Of a stretch of DNA of 33,070 bases, positions 17,183 to 26,138 are shown in pieces (within the stretch, counting starts at the first letter, position 1; each line of letters begins with the position of its first letter). The DNA is taken from the IMG/VR virus record IMGVR_UViG_2698536341_000022, positions 1 to 33,070 of that record; one strand, 5' to 3'. Position numbers and translations under genes: made by a program. Under the pieces are notes generated by a model that saw only the letters and a list, made by a program, of their open reading frames with translations, was not told where the DNA came from and made no database searches. The DNA comes from a virus. Taxonomy: Duplodnaviria; Heunggongvirae; Uroviricota; Caudoviricetes.

Positions 17183-18241
17183 ATGAAGAAGAATACCCGC
17201 TTTGCTTTTAACGCTTACCTGCAGCAGCTGGCGCGTCTGAACGGTGTGGCAGTTGAAGAACTGTCCAGCAAATTCACCGTAGAGCCGTCTGTACAGCAGA
17301 CGCTGGAAGACCAGATCCAGCAGTCCGCCGCATTCCTGACGCTGATTAACGTTACGCCAGTGACTGAGCAGTCCGGTCAGCTGCTTGGATTGGGTGTTGG
17401 CAGCACCATTGCCGGAACCACTGATACCACCGCGAAAGAGCGTGAGCCTGTCGATCCGACGCTGATGGTCGATGTGGAATATAAATGCGAGCAGACTAAC
17501 TTTGACACGGTGCTGACCTACGCGAAGCTGGACCTGTGGGCGAAGTTTCAGGATTTCCAGGTGCGTATCCGTAACGCCATCGTGAAACGTCAGGCACTGG
17601 ACCGCATCATGATCGGCTTTAACGGCGTGAAGCGTGCGAAAACCTCCAACCGTAGCGAAAACCCGCTGCTGCAGGATGTGAATAAAGGCTGGCTGCAGAA
17701 AATCCGTGAGGATGCACCGGATCACGTCATGGGCAGCACCACCACGGGCGGTGAAACCACACCGGGCGCGGTGAAAGTCGGTAAAGGTGGCGAATATGCC
17801 AACCTGGACGCCGTGGTGATGGATGCCGTTAATGAGCTTATCGACGTGGTCTACCAGGACGATGACGATCTGGTGGTGATTTGCGGTCGTGAACTGCTGT
17901 CTGACAAGTATTTCCCGCTGGTCAACAAAGAGCAGGAAAACAGTGAAAAACTCGCTGCCGATATGATCATCAGTCAGAAACGCATGGGTGGCCTGCAGGC
18001 CGTGCGTGCGCCGTTCTTCCCGCCGAATGCGTTGCTAATCACCCGTCTGGATAACCTGTCCATCTACTGGCAGGAAGACACCCGCCGCCGTTCAGTTATC
18101 GACAACCCGAAACGTGACCGGATTGAAAATTTTGAATCCGTTAACGAAGCCTATGTGGTTGAGGACTACCGCTGCGCCGCACTGGTGGAAAACATCCAGA
18201 TTGGCGACTTCAGCGCCGCCGCAGCAGAAACCGGAGCGTAA
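17183..18241 (+). CDS. N: Major capsid protein (P2 gpN family)
   Basis: TRFAFNAYL...KFTVEPSV...YASLDALVMDA... matches my recollection of P2 gpN; 352 aa. Confidence 0.9.
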   Translation: MKKNTRFAFNAYLQQLARLNGVAVEELSSKFTVEPSVQQTLEDQIQQSAAFLTLINVTPVTEQSGQLLGLGVGSTIAGTTDTTAKEREPVDPTLMVDVEYKCEQTNFDTVLTYAKLDLWAKFQDFQVRIRNAIVKRQALDRIMIGFNGVKRAKTSNRSENPLLQDVNKGWLQKIREDAPDHVMGSTTTGGETTPGAVKVGKGGEYANLDAVVMDAVNELIDVVYQDDDDLVVICGRELLSDKYFPLVNKEQENSEKLAADMIISQKRMGGLQAVRAPFFPPNALLITRLDNLSIYWQEDTRRRSVIDNPKRDRIENFESVNEAYVVEDYRCAALVENIQIGDFSAAAAETGA

Positions 18242-18244
18242 TCC

Positions 18245-18895
18245 ATGAGCCTGAGTCCCGCACGGCAGCATCGCCTGCGCGTTCAGGCTGAACAGGCCGC
18301 CCGTGAGGGCGGCAGTGTTCGCCACGCGTCGGGCTATGACCTGATGCTGCTGCAACTGGCGGAAGACCGCCGCCGTCTCAAGGGCGTTCAGTCCACGGTG
18401 AAAAAAGCGGAAATAAAGGTGGAGCTGCTGCCGAAATATGCCGCCTGGGCGGAGGGCGTTCTGGCTGCCGGAGGCGCTCAACAGGATGACGTGCTGATGT
18501 ACGTGATGCTGTGGCGCATTGATGCCGGAGATTATGCCGGGGCGCTGGAGATCGGGCGTCATGCCCTGCGTCATGGCTGGGTGATGCCGCTGGGTAACCG
18601 CAACGTGCAGACCGTGCTGGCAGAGGAAATGGCAGACGCGGCGCAGAGCGCAATGCTTGCTGCCACCGGCTTTGATGCCGATCTGTTGCTGCAGACGCTG
18701 GAGCTGACAGACGGTCTGGATATGCCGGATCAGTCACGGGCGCGTCTGCATAAAGCGATTGGCGCGGTCCTGAGTGAAGGCAATCCGGCGTCTGCCCTTA
18801 ATCATCTCAACCATGCGTTACAGCTCGATCCCCGCTGTGGCGTGAAAAAAGACAAACAGCAGCTGGAGCGCAGACTGCGCAATGACAGCCGCTGA
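18245..18895 (+). CDS. M: Terminase small (endonuclease) subunit (P2 gpM family)
   Basis: Position after N; GAQQDD...MLWRIDAGD.AGALEI segment resembles P2 gpM. Confidence 0.8.
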   Translation: MSLSPARQHRLRVQAEQAAREGGSVRHASGYDLMLLQLAEDRRRLKGVQSTVKKAEIKVELLPKYAAWAEGVLAAGGAQQDDVLMYVMLWRIDAGDYAGALEIGRHALRHGWVMPLGNRNVQTVLAEEMADAAQSAMLAATGFDADLLLQTLELTDGLDMPDQSRARLHKAIGAVLSEGNPASALNHLNHALQLDPRCGVKKDKQQLERRLRNDSR

Positions 18896-18990
18896 CAGAA
18901 CGTGCCCCCGCGCACGGGCGGCACGGGGTGGCGAAAGGCACTGCCACATCAAAACCCCGTCCACCGCCCTCTATTTCAGGAGAAAGCAGC

Positions 18991-19455
18991 ATGAAGTTTG
19001 TTGCGCCAGAACAGGCACCGGAACAGGCGGAAATCATCAGAAATACGCCGTTCTGGCCTGATGTGGACCTGTCGGAGTTTCGCAGTGTCATGCGCACTGA
19101 CGGCACGGTGACGCAGCCGCGTTTAAAGCAGGTTGCGCTGTCGGCAATTTCGGAGGTCAACGCAGAGCTGTATGAGTTTCGCAGACGCCAGCAGATGCTG
19201 GGGTATGCCTCGCTGGCAGAAGTCCCGGCGGAACAACTGGACGGCAAAAGCGAGCGCATTCAGCACTATTTCAACGCGGTTTACTGCTGGGCACGCGCCA
19301 TGCTCAACGAACGTTACCAGGACTATGACGCCACGGCATCCGGTGCGAAGCGAGGCGAGGAACTGGCGGAAGCAAGCGGTGATTTATGGCGTGACGCCCG
19401 CTGGGCCATCAGCCGGGTGCAGGATGCGCCGCACTGCACAGTGGAGCTTATCTGA
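18991..19455 (+). CDS. L: Head completion/stabilisation protein (P2 gpL family)
   Basis: Track ORF 18928..19455; start taken at ATG 18991 with AGGAG RBS; position after M. Confidence 0.75.
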   Translation: MKFVAPEQAPEQAEIIRNTPFWPDVDLSEFRSVMRTDGTVTQPRLKQVALSAISEVNAELYEFRRRQQMLGYASLAEVPAEQLDGKSERIQHYFNAVYCWARAMLNERYQDYDATASGAKRGEELAEASGDLWRDARWAISRVQDAPHCTVELI

Positions 19456-19658
19456 TGAAAGTGCGTGCGCATCAGTATGACACGGTGGACGCACTTTGCT
19501 GGCGTCATTACGGGCGCACGCAGGGTGTCACGGAGCAGGTACTGAAGGCAAATCCGGGGCTTGCCGAATACGGCCCCTTTTTACCTCACGGGCTGCAGGT
19601 GGAGCTGCCGGACATTCCGACCACCACCACCGTGCAGACCGTCCAGCTATGGGACTGA
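19455..19658 (+). CDS. X: Tail protein X (P2 gpX family, 67 aa)
   Basis: Small ORF overlapping the L stop (TGATG), immediately before the lysis cassette as in P2. Confidence 0.7.
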   Translation: MKVRAHQYDTVDALCWRHYGRTQGVTEQVLKANPGLAEYGPFLPHGLQVELPDIPTTTTVQTVQLWD

Positions 19659-19661
19659 ATT

Positions 19662-19877
19662 ATGACGCTTGAGCGAATCAGCGCCTTTATCACGTATTGC
19701 ATCGCCGTCGTGCTGGCCTGGCTGGGCGATTTGTCCATCAAGGATGCCTCAACGCTGGGCGGCCTGATGATTGGTGTGCTGATGCTGGCTATCAACTGGT
19801 ACTACAAACATAAAGCCTACCAGCTTCTGCGCGACGGGCAGATCTCGCGGGAGGACTATGAATCCATCAATCGTTAA
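19662..19877 (+). CDS. Holin, two predicted transmembrane segments (possible pinholin, 71 aa)
   Basis: Two hydrophobic stretches (ISAFITYCIAVVLAWLGDL, LGGLMIGVLMLAINWYY) and a charged C-terminus; immediately upstream of the endolysin. Confidence 0.7.
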   Translation: MTLERISAFITYCIAVVLAWLGDLSIKDASTLGGLMIGVLMLAINWYYKHKAYQLLRDGQISREDYESINR

Positions 19878-20370
19878 ACGCTGCCTTGTCGGGGCCGTGC
19901 TGGCTATTGCAGCTACGTTGCCGGGTTTTCAGCAGCTTCACACCTCCGTGGAGGGGCTGAAACTAATTGCCGATTACGAAGGCTGCCGTCTGCAGCCGTA
20001 TCAGTGCAGTGCAGGTGTCTGGACCGACGGCATTGGTAATACATCGGGCGTCATTCCCGGCAAAACAATCACGGAACGACAGGCAGCAGAAGGGCTGATT
20101 TCCAACGTGCTGCGTGTGGAGCGGGCACTGGAAAGGTGTGTGAAGCAACAGCCGCCGCAAAAGGTGTATGACGCGGTGGTGTCGTTTGCCTTCAACGTGG
20201 GAACGGGCAATGCCTGCAGTTCCACACTGGTGAAATTACTCAATCAGCGGCTCTGGGCGGATGCGTGCCGACAGTTGCCGCGCTGGGTTTATGTAAAAGG
20301 TGTGTTTAATCAGGGGCTGGATAACCGCCGTGCGCGGGAGATGGCCTGGTGTTTACAGGGAGCAAACTGA
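19858..20370 (+). CDS. Endolysin (lysozyme), probable signal-anchor-release type
   Basis: Position after the holin; N-terminal Gly/Ala-rich hydrophobic segment (VGAVLAIAATLPGF) as in SAR endolysins, followed by a lysozyme-like domain (GVWTDGIGNT). Confidence 0.75.
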   Translation: MNPSIVKRCLVGAVLAIAATLPGFQQLHTSVEGLKLIADYEGCRLQPYQCSAGVWTDGIGNTSGVIPGKTITERQAAEGLISNVLRVERALERCVKQQPPQKVYDAVVSFAFNVGTGNACSSTLVKLLNQRLWADACRQLPRWVYVKGVFNQGLDNRRAREMAWCLQGAN

Positions 20371-20371
20371 A

Positions 20372-20749
20372 ATGAAAAAGAAATTAATCAGCGGACTGTT
20401 TCTGATGTTATGGATGGCGCTGTTAATCGCAGCAATGGTGTATCCGCAGGGGATTTTTCCGGTACTGGCAGCGTCCGGCGTTTGGGTAGCCTGTTTGCTG
20501 ACATGGGCGGTAATTCCGGTAGCACTGGCTGCGTTAATTAAGAATGGCCCGCTCTGGCAGGAGTTAAGGGCATCTTTACTGAAGACAATTACCCGAAAAG
20601 AAAACGTATTTATCAGTTGGGTGATGCGATTGCTGATTGTTGTAAGTCTCGCCTGGACGGGGTGGGCTATTACCCTGGTCTTTTATCTACTGACCGTTAT
20701 TGCCTTCTGGATCACCCGTAATCAGATGGCGAAACAGGTAGCAGCATGA
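20372..20749 (+). CDS. lysA: Lysis-timing membrane protein (P2 LysA-like, four hydrophobic segments)
   Basis: Track ORF 20300..20749, start taken at ATG 20372; strongly hydrophobic; position between endolysin and spanin genes. Confidence 0.6.
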   Translation: MKKKLISGLFLMLWMALLIAAMVYPQGIFPVLAASGVWVACLLTWAVIPVALAALIKNGPLWQELRASLLKTITRKENVFISWVMRLLIVVSLAWTGWAITLVFYLLTVIAFWITRNQMAKQVAA

Positions 20750-21174
20750 ACCGGTTGCTGCTGGTTGTGCTGGCGTTATTACTGGCGGCGCTGGGCTGGC
20801 AGACGTGGCGGCTGGCTGATGCCAGCCAGACCATCAGCACGCAGGCAGACGAGCTGCAGAGCAAAAGCCAGGCACTGGCAAAGAGCAACAGCCAGCTTAT
20901 CAGCCTGTCCATTCTGACTGAAACCAATAACCGGGAGCAGGCGCGGCTCTATGCCGAAGCAGAACAGACCAGCACGCTGCTGAGACAACGACAACACCGG
21001 ATCGAGGAACTGAAACGTGAGAACGAGGATTTACGCCGCTGGGCTGATACTCCTTTGCCTGCTGACATTATCCGGCTGCGGAAACGTCCGGCACTCACCG
21101 GAGGTATGGCTTACCGTCAGTGGTTGTCCGCGAGTGACGCCGTGTCGGCTGGATCAGGCAACGCCGCGCACTAA
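20746..21174 (+). CDS. lysB: Spanin inner-membrane subunit (Rz-like, P2 LysB-like)
   Basis: N-terminal TM segment (LLLVVLALLLAALGW) followed by a charged, coiled-coil-like region; overlaps the next gene in another frame, as Rz/Rz1 pairs do. Confidence 0.7.
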   Translation: MNRLLLVVLALLLAALGWQTWRLADASQTISTQADELQSKSQALAKSNSQLISLSILTETNNREQARLYAEAEQTSTLLRQRQHRIEELKRENEDLRRWADTPLPADIIRLRKRPALTGGMAYRQWLSASDAVSAGSGNAAH

Positions 21175-21307
21175 CGGTGATCTGAACGCGTTGCTGGATG
21201 AAACGGAGGCCGCCTGGGCGGTCTGTGCAGACAAAGTGGACATGATTATTGCGTGTCAGGAGCGAAACAGTGAACAAACCACAATCCCTGCGCCACGCCC
21301 TCAATAA
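21017..21307 (+). CDS. lysC: Spanin outer-membrane lipoprotein subunit (Rz1-like, P2 LysC-like)
   Basis: Lipobox LTLSGC after a hydrophobic leader; begins inside lysB in a different frame; start codon uncertain (GTG 21017). Confidence 0.6.
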   Translation: MRTRIYAAGLILLCLLTLSGCGNVRHSPEVWLTVSGCPRVTPCRLDQATPRTNGDLNALLDETEAAWAVCADKVDMIIACQERNSEQTTIPAPRPQ

Positions 21308-21701
21308 AGCGGTGCCTTATGTCCGCAATAACCCGGACAAACTGCATCTGTTTGTGGATAACGGTTCGCTGGTTGCCACGGGGGCCAGCTCCATGTCGTG
21401 GGAGTACCGTTACACACTGAACGCGGTGATTGAGGATTTCAGCGGCGACCAGAATCTGCTGATGGCCCCGGTTTTGCTGTGGCTGAGGGATAACCAGCCC
21501 GATGCCATCAATAACCCGGCGTTACGGGAAAAGCTATTCACCTTTGAGGTGGATATTCTGCGCAACGATGTCTGTGATATCAGCCTGAACCTGCAACTGA
21601 CGGAACGTGTGCTGGTCAGCACTGACGGCAGTGTGTCGAGCGTTGAAGCTATAGCGGAACCTGATGCACCTGAAGAAATGTGGACGGTGAAACGTGGCTG
21701 A
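21270..21701 (+). CDS. R: Tail completion protein (P2 gpR family)
   Basis: Track ORF 21249..21701; start taken at GTG 21270 with AGGAG RBS; LFVDNGS...YTLNAVIEDF...LLWLRDNQPD resembles P2 gpR. Confidence 0.75.
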   Translation: MNKPQSLRHALNKAVPYVRNNPDKLHLFVDNGSLVATGASSMSWEYRYTLNAVIEDFSGDQNLLMAPVLLWLRDNQPDAINNPALREKLFTFEVDILRNDVCDISLNLQLTERVLVSTDGSVSSVEAIAEPDAPEEMWTVKRG

Positions 21702-22140
21702 ACTGCAGAAGGTGGACGACTGGCTGAGTGCCTTGCTGGCGAATCTGGAACCAGCCTCGAGAAGCCGCATGATGCGCCAGCTGGCGCAGGAACTTCGCCG
21801 GACACAGCAGCAGAATATCAGGATGCAGCGCAACCCTGACGGCAGCAGCTATGAACCGCGACGGGTAACAGCACGCAGTAAAAAAGGCCGTATCAAACGT
21901 CAGATGTTTGCAAAGCTGCGCACCACAAAATACCTGAAAACTGCCGCCAGCACCGACTCTGCCAGCGTGCAGTTTGAAGGCAAGGTGCAGCGCATTGCCC
22001 GCGTTCACCATTACGGCCTGCGAGATCGCGTCAGTCGTAAGGGACCGGAGGTGCGTTACGCAGAGCGTCGCCTTCTGGGTGTAAATGATGATGTTGAGGC
22101 AATGACCCGCGACATGATTCTGCAATGGCTGGCGGGGTGA
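21694..22140 (+). CDS. S: Tail completion protein (P2 gpS family)
   Basis: Position after R with overlapping stop/start (GTG 21694); size 148 aa. Confidence 0.7.
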   Translation: MAELQKVDDWLSALLANLEPASRSRMMRQLAQELRRTQQQNIRMQRNPDGSSYEPRRVTARSKKGRIKRQMFAKLRTTKYLKTAASTDSASVQFEGKVQRIARVHHYGLRDRVSRKGPEVRYAERRLLGVNDDVEAMTRDMILQWLAG

Positions 22141-22144
22141 TCTT

Positions 22145-22162
22145 TGTATCAGCACTGATACA
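22145..22162. promoter_or_regulatory. Ogr/Delta-type late activator box (TGT-N12-ACA) upstream of V
   Basis: TTGTATCAGcaCTGATACAA is a perfect 9-bp dyad containing TGT-N12-ACA, centred about 55 bp upstream of ATG 22209. Confidence 0.7.
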
Positions 22163-22208
22163 AGTTGCAGCACTGCCGCCTTTCTTCCCCTGATGGCAAC
22201 CTTTCCCT

Positions 22209-22787
22209 ATGAACGCACAATTAACCGAAATCATGCGCCTTATCACCAACCTGATCCGCACAGGGGTAGTCACCGAAGTGGACAGGGAAAACTGGCTTTG
22301 CCGGGTGAAAACGGGCGAGCTTGAAACCAACTGGATCAGCTGGCTGACGCTGCGTGCCGGGAATGCCCGTACATGGTGGCGACCATCGGAAGGTGAGCAG
22401 GTGGTGCTGCTGAGTCTGGGCGGCAATCTGGAAACCGCCTTTGCGCTGCCCGCTGTCTATTCGAATCAGTTCGCACCACCGTCGACGTCGGCGGACGCCT
22501 GCGTGACAGAACATCCTGACGGTGGCTGGTTTGAATACGAACCCGCCACCGGGCGCTGGTATGTCAGGGGCATCAAATCAATGGTCATTGAGGCTGCTGA
22601 CAACATCACCATGAAAACCAGTGAGTTTGTACTGGAGGCTGACCGCACGCGCATTAACAGCGAAGTGGTGATCAATGGTGGCGTTACCCAGGGCGGCGGA
22701 GCGATGAGTTCTAACGGGATCGTGGTTGATGCGCATCAGCATACTGGCGTCCTGAAAGGCGGCGATACAACCGGAGGCCCGGTATGA
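22209..22787 (+). CDS. V: Baseplate spike/assembly protein (P2 gpV family)
   Basis: Position and size (192 aa); first gene after the late promoter box. Confidence 0.8.
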   Translation: MNAQLTEIMRLITNLIRTGVVTEVDRENWLCRVKTGELETNWISWLTLRAGNARTWWRPSEGEQVVLLSLGGNLETAFALPAVYSNQFAPPSTSADACVTEHPDGGWFEYEPATGRWYVRGIKSMVIEAADNITMKTSEFVLEADRTRINSEVVINGGVTQGGGAMSSNGIVVDAHQHTGVLKGGDTTGGPV

Positions 22788-23143
22788 CGCTTTATAGCGG
22801 GATGAACAATACCAGCGGCAAAGTCATTACTGATATTGATCATCTGCGCCAGTCGGTGCGGGACATTCTGCTGACACCGCAGGGTAGCCGTATTGCCCGC
22901 CGGGAATATGGTTCCCTGCTGTCGGCACTGATAGATCAGCCACAAAATCCGGCATTACGCCTGCAGGTCATGTCGGCAGTGTATGTGGCGCTGAGTCGCT
23001 GGGAGCCACGGTTGACGCTGGATTCCATCACCATCAACAGCAATTTTGACGGTTCAATGGTGGTGGAGCTGACCGGGCGGCGGAATAACGGTGTGCCTGT
23101 GTCCCTTTCCGTATCAACAGGAGCAGAGAATGGCAGTGATTGA
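22784..23143 (+). CDS. W: Baseplate wedge protein (P2 gpW family)
   Basis: 119 aa; overlaps the V stop (ATGA); P2 synteny. Confidence 0.8.
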   Translation: MTLYSGMNNTSGKVITDIDHLRQSVRDILLTPQGSRIARREYGSLLSALIDQPQNPALRLQVMSAVYVALSRWEPRLTLDSITINSNFDGSMVVELTGRRNNGVPVSLSVSTGAENGSD

Positions 23144-24038
23144 CCTTTCGCAGTTGCCTGCACCGCAGATTGTGGATGTGCCGGACTTTGAGACGCTGCT
23201 TGCCGAACGCAAGGCAGAATTTGTGGCGCTTCATCCGAAAGATGAGCAGGAAGCAGTGATCCGCACGCTGGAACTGGAATCTGAACCCGCCACTAAATTG
23301 TTGCAGGAGAATGCTTACCGTGAGTTGCTTCTGCGCCAGCGCATTAACGAAGCCGCGCAGGCGGTGATGGTGGCTTACGCGATGGGCGGCGATCTTGACC
23401 AGCTCGCTGCCAACTACAACGTGACACGCCTGACGGTGACGCCTGCTGATAATGATGCTGTGCCGCCCGTTGCAGCTGTGATGGAAAGCGATGAAGCGTT
23501 ACGCCTGCGTGTGCCTGCAGCCTTTGAAGGGCTTTCTGTTGCGGGGCCAACTGCAGCTTATGAATTTCATGCCCGAAGCGCCGACGGTCGGGTGGCGGAT
23601 GCCAGTGCAACCAGCCCGGCACCTGCAGAGGTGGTGCTGACTGTCCTTAGCCGCGAAGGCGATGGAACTGCAGAAAAAGACCTGCTGGACGTGGTGGAAA
23701 AAGCTCTGAACAGTGAGAACGTCCGCCCGGTGGCTGACCGTCTTACGGTTTGCAGCGCAGAAATCATCCCGTATCGCGTGGAAGCCACCATTTTTCTCTA
23801 TCCTGGACCGGAAGCAGAGCCGGTAATGGCAGCGGCAAAAGCCAGCCTGCAGAAGTACATCGCCAGTCAGACGCGTCTTGGTCGGGATATTCGCCGTAGC
23901 GCCATCTTTGCCGCCCTGCATGTTGAGGGGGTGCAGCGTGTGGAGCTGGCTTCTCCTCTGGCGGATGTGGTCCTGAACAAAACACAGGCGGCATCATGTA
24001 CGCAGTGGAGCGTAACCAACGGAGGAACGGATGAATAG
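23130..24038 (+). CDS. J: Baseplate protein J (P2 gpJ family, 302 aa)
   Basis: Track ORF 23091..24038; start taken at ATG 23130 with AGGAG RBS; size equals P2 gpJ. Confidence 0.8.
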   Translation: MAVIDLSQLPAPQIVDVPDFETLLAERKAEFVALHPKDEQEAVIRTLELESEPATKLLQENAYRELLLRQRINEAAQAVMVAYAMGGDLDQLAANYNVTRLTVTPADNDAVPPVAAVMESDEALRLRVPAAFEGLSVAGPTAAYEFHARSADGRVADASATSPAPAEVVLTVLSREGDGTAEKDLLDVVEKALNSENVRPVADRLTVCSAEIIPYRVEATIFLYPGPEAEPVMAAAKASLQKYIASQTRLGRDIRRSAIFAALHVEGVQRVELASPLADVVLNKTQAASCTQWSVTNGGTDE

Positions 24039-24636
24039 TTTGCTGCCACCGGGTTCAACACCACTGGAGCGCCGACTGGCGCAAACCTGCAGCGGGATTT
24101 CTGATCTGCAGGTGCCGCTTCGTGACTTGTGGAATCCGGCAACCTGTCCGGTCAGTTTCCTGCCTTATCTCGCCTGGGCGTTCTCTGTGGATCGCTGGGA
24201 CGAGGGCTGGACAGAAAGCGTCAAGCGCCAGGTGGTGAAGGATGCTTTTTATATTCATCAGCATAAAGGGACCACCAGTGCCGTGCGGCGGGTGGTGGAG
24301 CCGTTCGGATTCCTGATCCGCATTATTGAGTGGTGGCAGACCGGAGAAACACCGGGCACGTTTCGCCTGGATATCGGCGTGCAGGACCAGGGCATCACTG
24401 AAGATACCTATCTGGAACTTGAGCGACTGATAAGCGATGCCAAACCATGTAGCCGCCACATGATCGGCATGTCCATCAATCTGCAGACCAGCGGCCCGCA
24501 TTGGGTGGGAGCCGCCAGCTATCTTGGCGAAGAAATCACGATCTATCCGTATATCAACGAAACGATTATTTCCGGTGGCACCGCGCATGAAGGCGGGGCG
24601 GTCCATGTTATTGACACAATGAGAGTGAATCCATGA
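24031..24636 (+). CDS. I: Baseplate protein I (P2 gpI family)
   Basis: Overlaps the J stop; position before tail-fibre gene H. Confidence 0.8.
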   Translation: MNSLLPPGSTPLERRLAQTCSGISDLQVPLRDLWNPATCPVSFLPYLAWAFSVDRWDEGWTESVKRQVVKDAFYIHQHKGTTSAVRRVVEPFGFLIRIIEWWQTGETPGTFRLDIGVQDQGITEDTYLELERLISDAKPCSRHMIGMSINLQTSGPHWVGAASYLGEEITIYPYINETIISGGTAHEGGAVHVIDTMRVNP

Positions 24637-26138
24637 GCACAAAATTTTATACCCTGCTGACGGATATTGGCGCGGCGAAACTTGCCAGCGCCGCCGCGCT
24701 CGGTGTGCCGCTAAAAATTACCCATATGGCGGTGGGCGATGGCGGTGGAGTATTGCCAACGCCGGACGCAAAGCAGACGGCACTGGTAAATGAGAAACGC
24801 CGGGCTGCGCTGAATATGCTTTATATCGACCCGCAGAACAGCAGCCAGATTATTGCCGAACAGGTGATCCCTGAAAACGAGGGCGGTTGGTGGATACGTG
24901 AAGTGGGCTTGTTTGATGAGTCCGGGGCATTGATTGCCGTGGGCAACTGCCCGGAAAGCTATAAGCCGCAACTGGCTGAAGGTAGCGGGCGCACTCAGAC
25001 CGTGCGCATGGTGCTGATTACCAGCAGCACGGACAATATCACCCTGAAAATCGACCCTGCTGTAGTGCTGGCAACCCGCAAGTATGTGGATGACAAGGCA
25101 CTGGAGCTGAAGGTGTACGCGGATGATCAGATGGCAAAACATCTTGCCGCACCGGACCCGCATTCACAGTACGCGCCAAAAGCCAGCCCGACATTTACCG
25201 GAACCCCCAAAGCGCCAACGCCAGCGGCGGGGAATAATACCACGCAGGTTGCGACCACTGCGTTTGTACAGGCGGCACTGACGGCCCTTATTAATGGTGC
25301 GCCAGCCACGCTGGACACGCTGAAAGAAATAGCCGCAGCCATTAACAATGATCCGAATTTCAGTACCACCATTAACAATGCGCTGGCACTAAAAGCACCG
25401 TTGTCGAGTCCGGCACTCACCGGAACGCCAACAGCCCCCACGGCGGCGCAGTCGGTCAACAATACACAGATTGCCACTACGGCTTTTGTGAAATCGGCGA
25501 TTGCAGGAATGGTGGGTTCTGCACCTGCTGCACTGGATACACTGAACGAACTGGCGGCGGCACTGGGGAATGATCCGAACTTTGCCACGACAATGCTTAA
25601 TGCGCTGGCAGGTAAACAACCGCTGGACAATACGCTTACCAATTTGAGTGGAAAGGATGTAGCTGGTCTTCTCACATACCTTGGTTTGGGAGAAGGTGCT
25701 CCAGCTATTGGCGTTCCGTTCTTCTGGCCGTCCGCTGCAATGCCAAATACTGTAATCGACAGCTGGTCCAGTATGGTGTTTTTGAAGTTCAACGGCGCGA
25801 AATTCTCTGCCACTGATTATCCTGTGCTGGCGAAAGTATTTCCTTCGCTGGTATTACCTGAAGCCCGCGGTGATTTCATTCGTATCTGGGATGACGGGCG
25901 AGGTGCAGACGGTGGTCGCGAATTATTAAGCTGGCAGGAAGCTACAAACTTTTCTCAGTTTGCCGGGAATATAGGCGGAGGTGCGGGACACGCAATTAAC
26001 TTTCATGATGGCATCGCCGGAAATCAGCCAGGATTTTCACGATTTAATTTCACCAGTAACTCTGTGGGTGATGGTGTGAATTTTGTTGCTGTCAGACCGC
26101 GAAATATTGCATTTAACTTTCTGGTGAGGGCTAAATAA
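24633..26138 (+). CDS. H: Tail fibre protein (P2 gpH family) with a Mu/P1 S-type variable C-terminal domain (501 aa)
   Basis: N-terminal MSTKFYTLLTDIGAAKLA... is typical of P2-like H; repeated TTAFV motifs; C-terminal IRIWDDGRGADGGRE-type motif as in invertible-segment tail fibres. Confidence 0.85.
   Translation: MSTKFYTLLTDIGAAKLASAAALGVPLKITHMAVGDGGGVLPTPDAKQTALVNEKRRAALNMLYIDPQNSSQIIAEQVIPENEGGWWIREVGLFDESGALIAVGNCPESYKPQLAEGSGRTQTVRMVLITSSTDNITLKIDPAVVLATRKYVDDKALELKVYADDQMAKHLAAPDPHSQYAPKASPTFTGTPKAPTPAAGNNTTQVATTAFVQAALTALINGAPATLDTLKEIAAAINNDPNFSTTINNALALKAPLSSPALTGTPTAPTAAQSVNNTQIATTAFVKSAIAGMVGSAPAALDTLNELAAALGNDPNFATTMLNALAGKQPLDNTLTNLSGKDVAGLLTYLGLGEGAPAIGVPFFWPSAAMPNTVIDSWSSMVFLKFNGAKFSATDYPVLAKVFPSLVLPEARGDFIRIWDDGRGADGGRELLSWQEATNFSQFAGNIGGGAGHAINFHDGIAGNQPGFSRFNFTSNSVGDGVNFVAVRPRNIAFNFLVRAK
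25669..25694. other. Gin/Hin-type crossover-like site inside H at the constant/variable junction
   Basis: TTCTCACATACC-TT-GGTTTGGGAGAA: two 12-bp half-sites in inverted orientation (10 of 12 positions complementary) around a 2-bp core; identity with the second copy at 32742 begins exactly at the core. Confidence 0.55.
25681..26009 (+). repeat. 329-bp segment of H (3' coding region) duplicated 100% in direct orientation at 32742-33070
   Basis: Compared base by base in the sequence; the second copy runs to the window edge, so the repeat may be longer. Confidence 0.95.

Noticed and set aside
18378-19259. Minus-strand ORFs (119 and 150 aa) across the M/L region
   Set aside because: Antisense to terminase small subunit and head-completion genes; Pro/Arg/Ala-rich low-complexity translations.
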